From sequence record CM051312.1: DNA of 15,784 nucleotides; one strand, given 5' to 3'. The position numbers and the translations under genes were made by a program. The stretch's first letter is position 1. The number at the start of each line of letters is the position of its first letter. Shown one piece after another: positions 14,831-15,784 of the stretch. A model generated the notes under the pieces. The model searched no databases. It worked only from the letters and a program-made list of their open reading frames with translations, and was not told the DNA's origin.

Positions 14831-15020
14831 GAGAGGGGCCATCACAGAGATGCCCTCTCTGGGTTCCTTTAAATGTTACTAGGACCCCAACGCGTGCAAC
14901 AACACACTAAAGGGGTGGGCTGCCTAAAAAAGCCCGAGAGCTGCTGGTTTAACCCACACTCTCACAAGCCCCACATCGGTATTTTTAGGCTAAAATCTAT
15001 CAGCCCTTGTACGTAACAAT
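14831..15020 (+). ncRNA. Structured segment with no recognisable rRNA homology (possibly the module called L2b)
   Basis: It opens with a strong hairpin at 14831-14859 (gagaggg..catc-acaga-gatg-ccctctc). It is GC-rich and carries no credible ORF. The name L2b is my recollection only. Confidence 0.3.
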
Positions 15021-15024
15021 TGCG

Positions 15025-15110
15025 ACTACGCATGCCGAAGTGCGCAAACAGTATCGGTTTGGTTGATCTGCATCCTACCAGCCGTCTTCTGCGACTCGCA
15101 CAATCCTATA
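15025..15110 (+). repeat. Internal copy of the outermost 86 bp of the telomere (left-end orientation)
   Basis: 15025-15110 matches 1-86 with one mismatch (t at position 13, g at 15037). Similarity ends exactly after cctata (position 86 / 15110). It lies 142 bp inside the right TIR boundary. Confidence 0.95.
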
Positions 15111-15145
15111 TTATATATAATACTCATCTCATTTAAACTTTACTG

Positions 15146-15191
15146 GAGGTGCCTAAAAGCACCCACAGAAATGATCGGCAGTGCCGATCAT
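15146..15191 (+). repeat. Bipartite hairpin module with family D-C architecture, divergent second hairpin
   Basis: gaggtgc-ctaaaa-gcaccc + acagaa + atgatcggca-g-tgccgatcat (10-bp perfect palindrome). It shows the same layout of small hairpin, 6-nt linker and second hairpin. It starts 35 nt after the internal 86-bp repeat. Confidence 0.6.
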
Positions 15192-15252
15192 ACTGGAATT
15201 CCACAGAATTTACGCAAAGCTCAGAGCACGAGCACAGCAGCAAACGCCACAA

Positions 15253-15784
15253 ACACACTTTTTACACTTACGGTACGCGGTTCCGGTTGATGATCCATAA
15301 GGGCTTCTCAGGCTACCCAACGGGCACATGTTCTCCTCACCCGGATTGAACACCCAGGGGACACCGAGCACCCAAACGATTACATGTACAACGCACACTT
15401 CACCACAGGGCATTAGCAGCCCTCTGCCATATTAGGTGACCCCGCTCAGGATTGGCAGAAAAGGACCTTCCACACCGCACGATAGAACTCACCAAGCTCG
15501 GCCAGCTCTGCTGGCCGAGCATCGTCGAGATCGAACCGCGGTGGGGGCCCACTACTCCACGCGTGCTTCGCAAGCCGCCAAAGTAACCAGGGCAAGACTA
15601 GCTACACGGGGAGAGTTTGCGACTTCACCTAAAACACACAAAAACACACCGGCACCTTAAGCACTTTTTCGCACTTATAGGACCCCCGCCCAAACACCTA
15701 TAGGATTGTGCGAGTCGCAGAAGACGGCTGGTAGGATGCAGATCAACCAAACCGATACTGTTTGCGCACTTAGGCATGCGTAGT
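15253..15784. repeat. Right terminal inverted repeat (telomere)
   Basis: Reverse complement of 1-532. See the left TIR entry. Confidence 0.96.
15496..15520. repeat. Family-A 25-nt palindrome inside the right TIR
   Basis: gctcggccag-ctctg-ctggccgagc, the mirror of 265-289. Confidence 0.9.

Overview
From end to end, this window looks like a complete linear mitochondrial genome of the Chlamydomonas reinhardtii type (15,784 bp). I assign it from gene content, gene order and architecture as I remember them, so a database alignment should confirm it.

Main features:
- **Telomeres:** 532-bp terminal inverted repeats (1-532 and 15253-15784), plus an internal copy of the outermost 86 bp at 15025-15110.
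- **Transcription units:** two units diverge from a short AT-rich spacer at 4964-5044. The leftward unit carries nad5, nad4 and cob. The rightward unit carries cox1, nad2, nad6, nad1 and rtl, a free-standing reverse-transcriptase-like ORF.
- **RNA genes:** only three tRNAs (Trp-CCA, Gln-UUG, Met-CAU). The LSU and SSU rRNA genes are broken into scrambled modules interspersed with the other genes.
- **Genetic code:** the standard code fits. There are no internal TGA codons, and stops are TAA six times and TAG twice.

I see no evidence for an undescribed protein-coding system. Every other ORF in the track is antisense to a gene, lies in rRNA, or lies in the GC-rich telomere.

The least-explained signals are all non-coding:
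1. A double-palindrome element of about 57 nt occurs next to each of the three tRNA genes. It is flanked by direct repeats that differ from locus to locus, like target-site duplications. One repeat duplicates the trnQ 5' end. A related palindrome after nad2 is flanked by a 13-nt repeat that duplicates the nad2 stop region.
2. A second bipartite hairpin module of 46 nt occurs at four gene boundaries.
3. An identical 24-nt stem-loop follows the first cistron of both divergent units (nad5 and cox1).
4. A TTATATACA-like motif directly abuts the 5' end of many genes and rRNA modules.
5. Two structured segments (about 10125-10340 and 14831-15024) have no rRNA homology that I can recognise.

rRNA module boundaries and L/S names are approximate.
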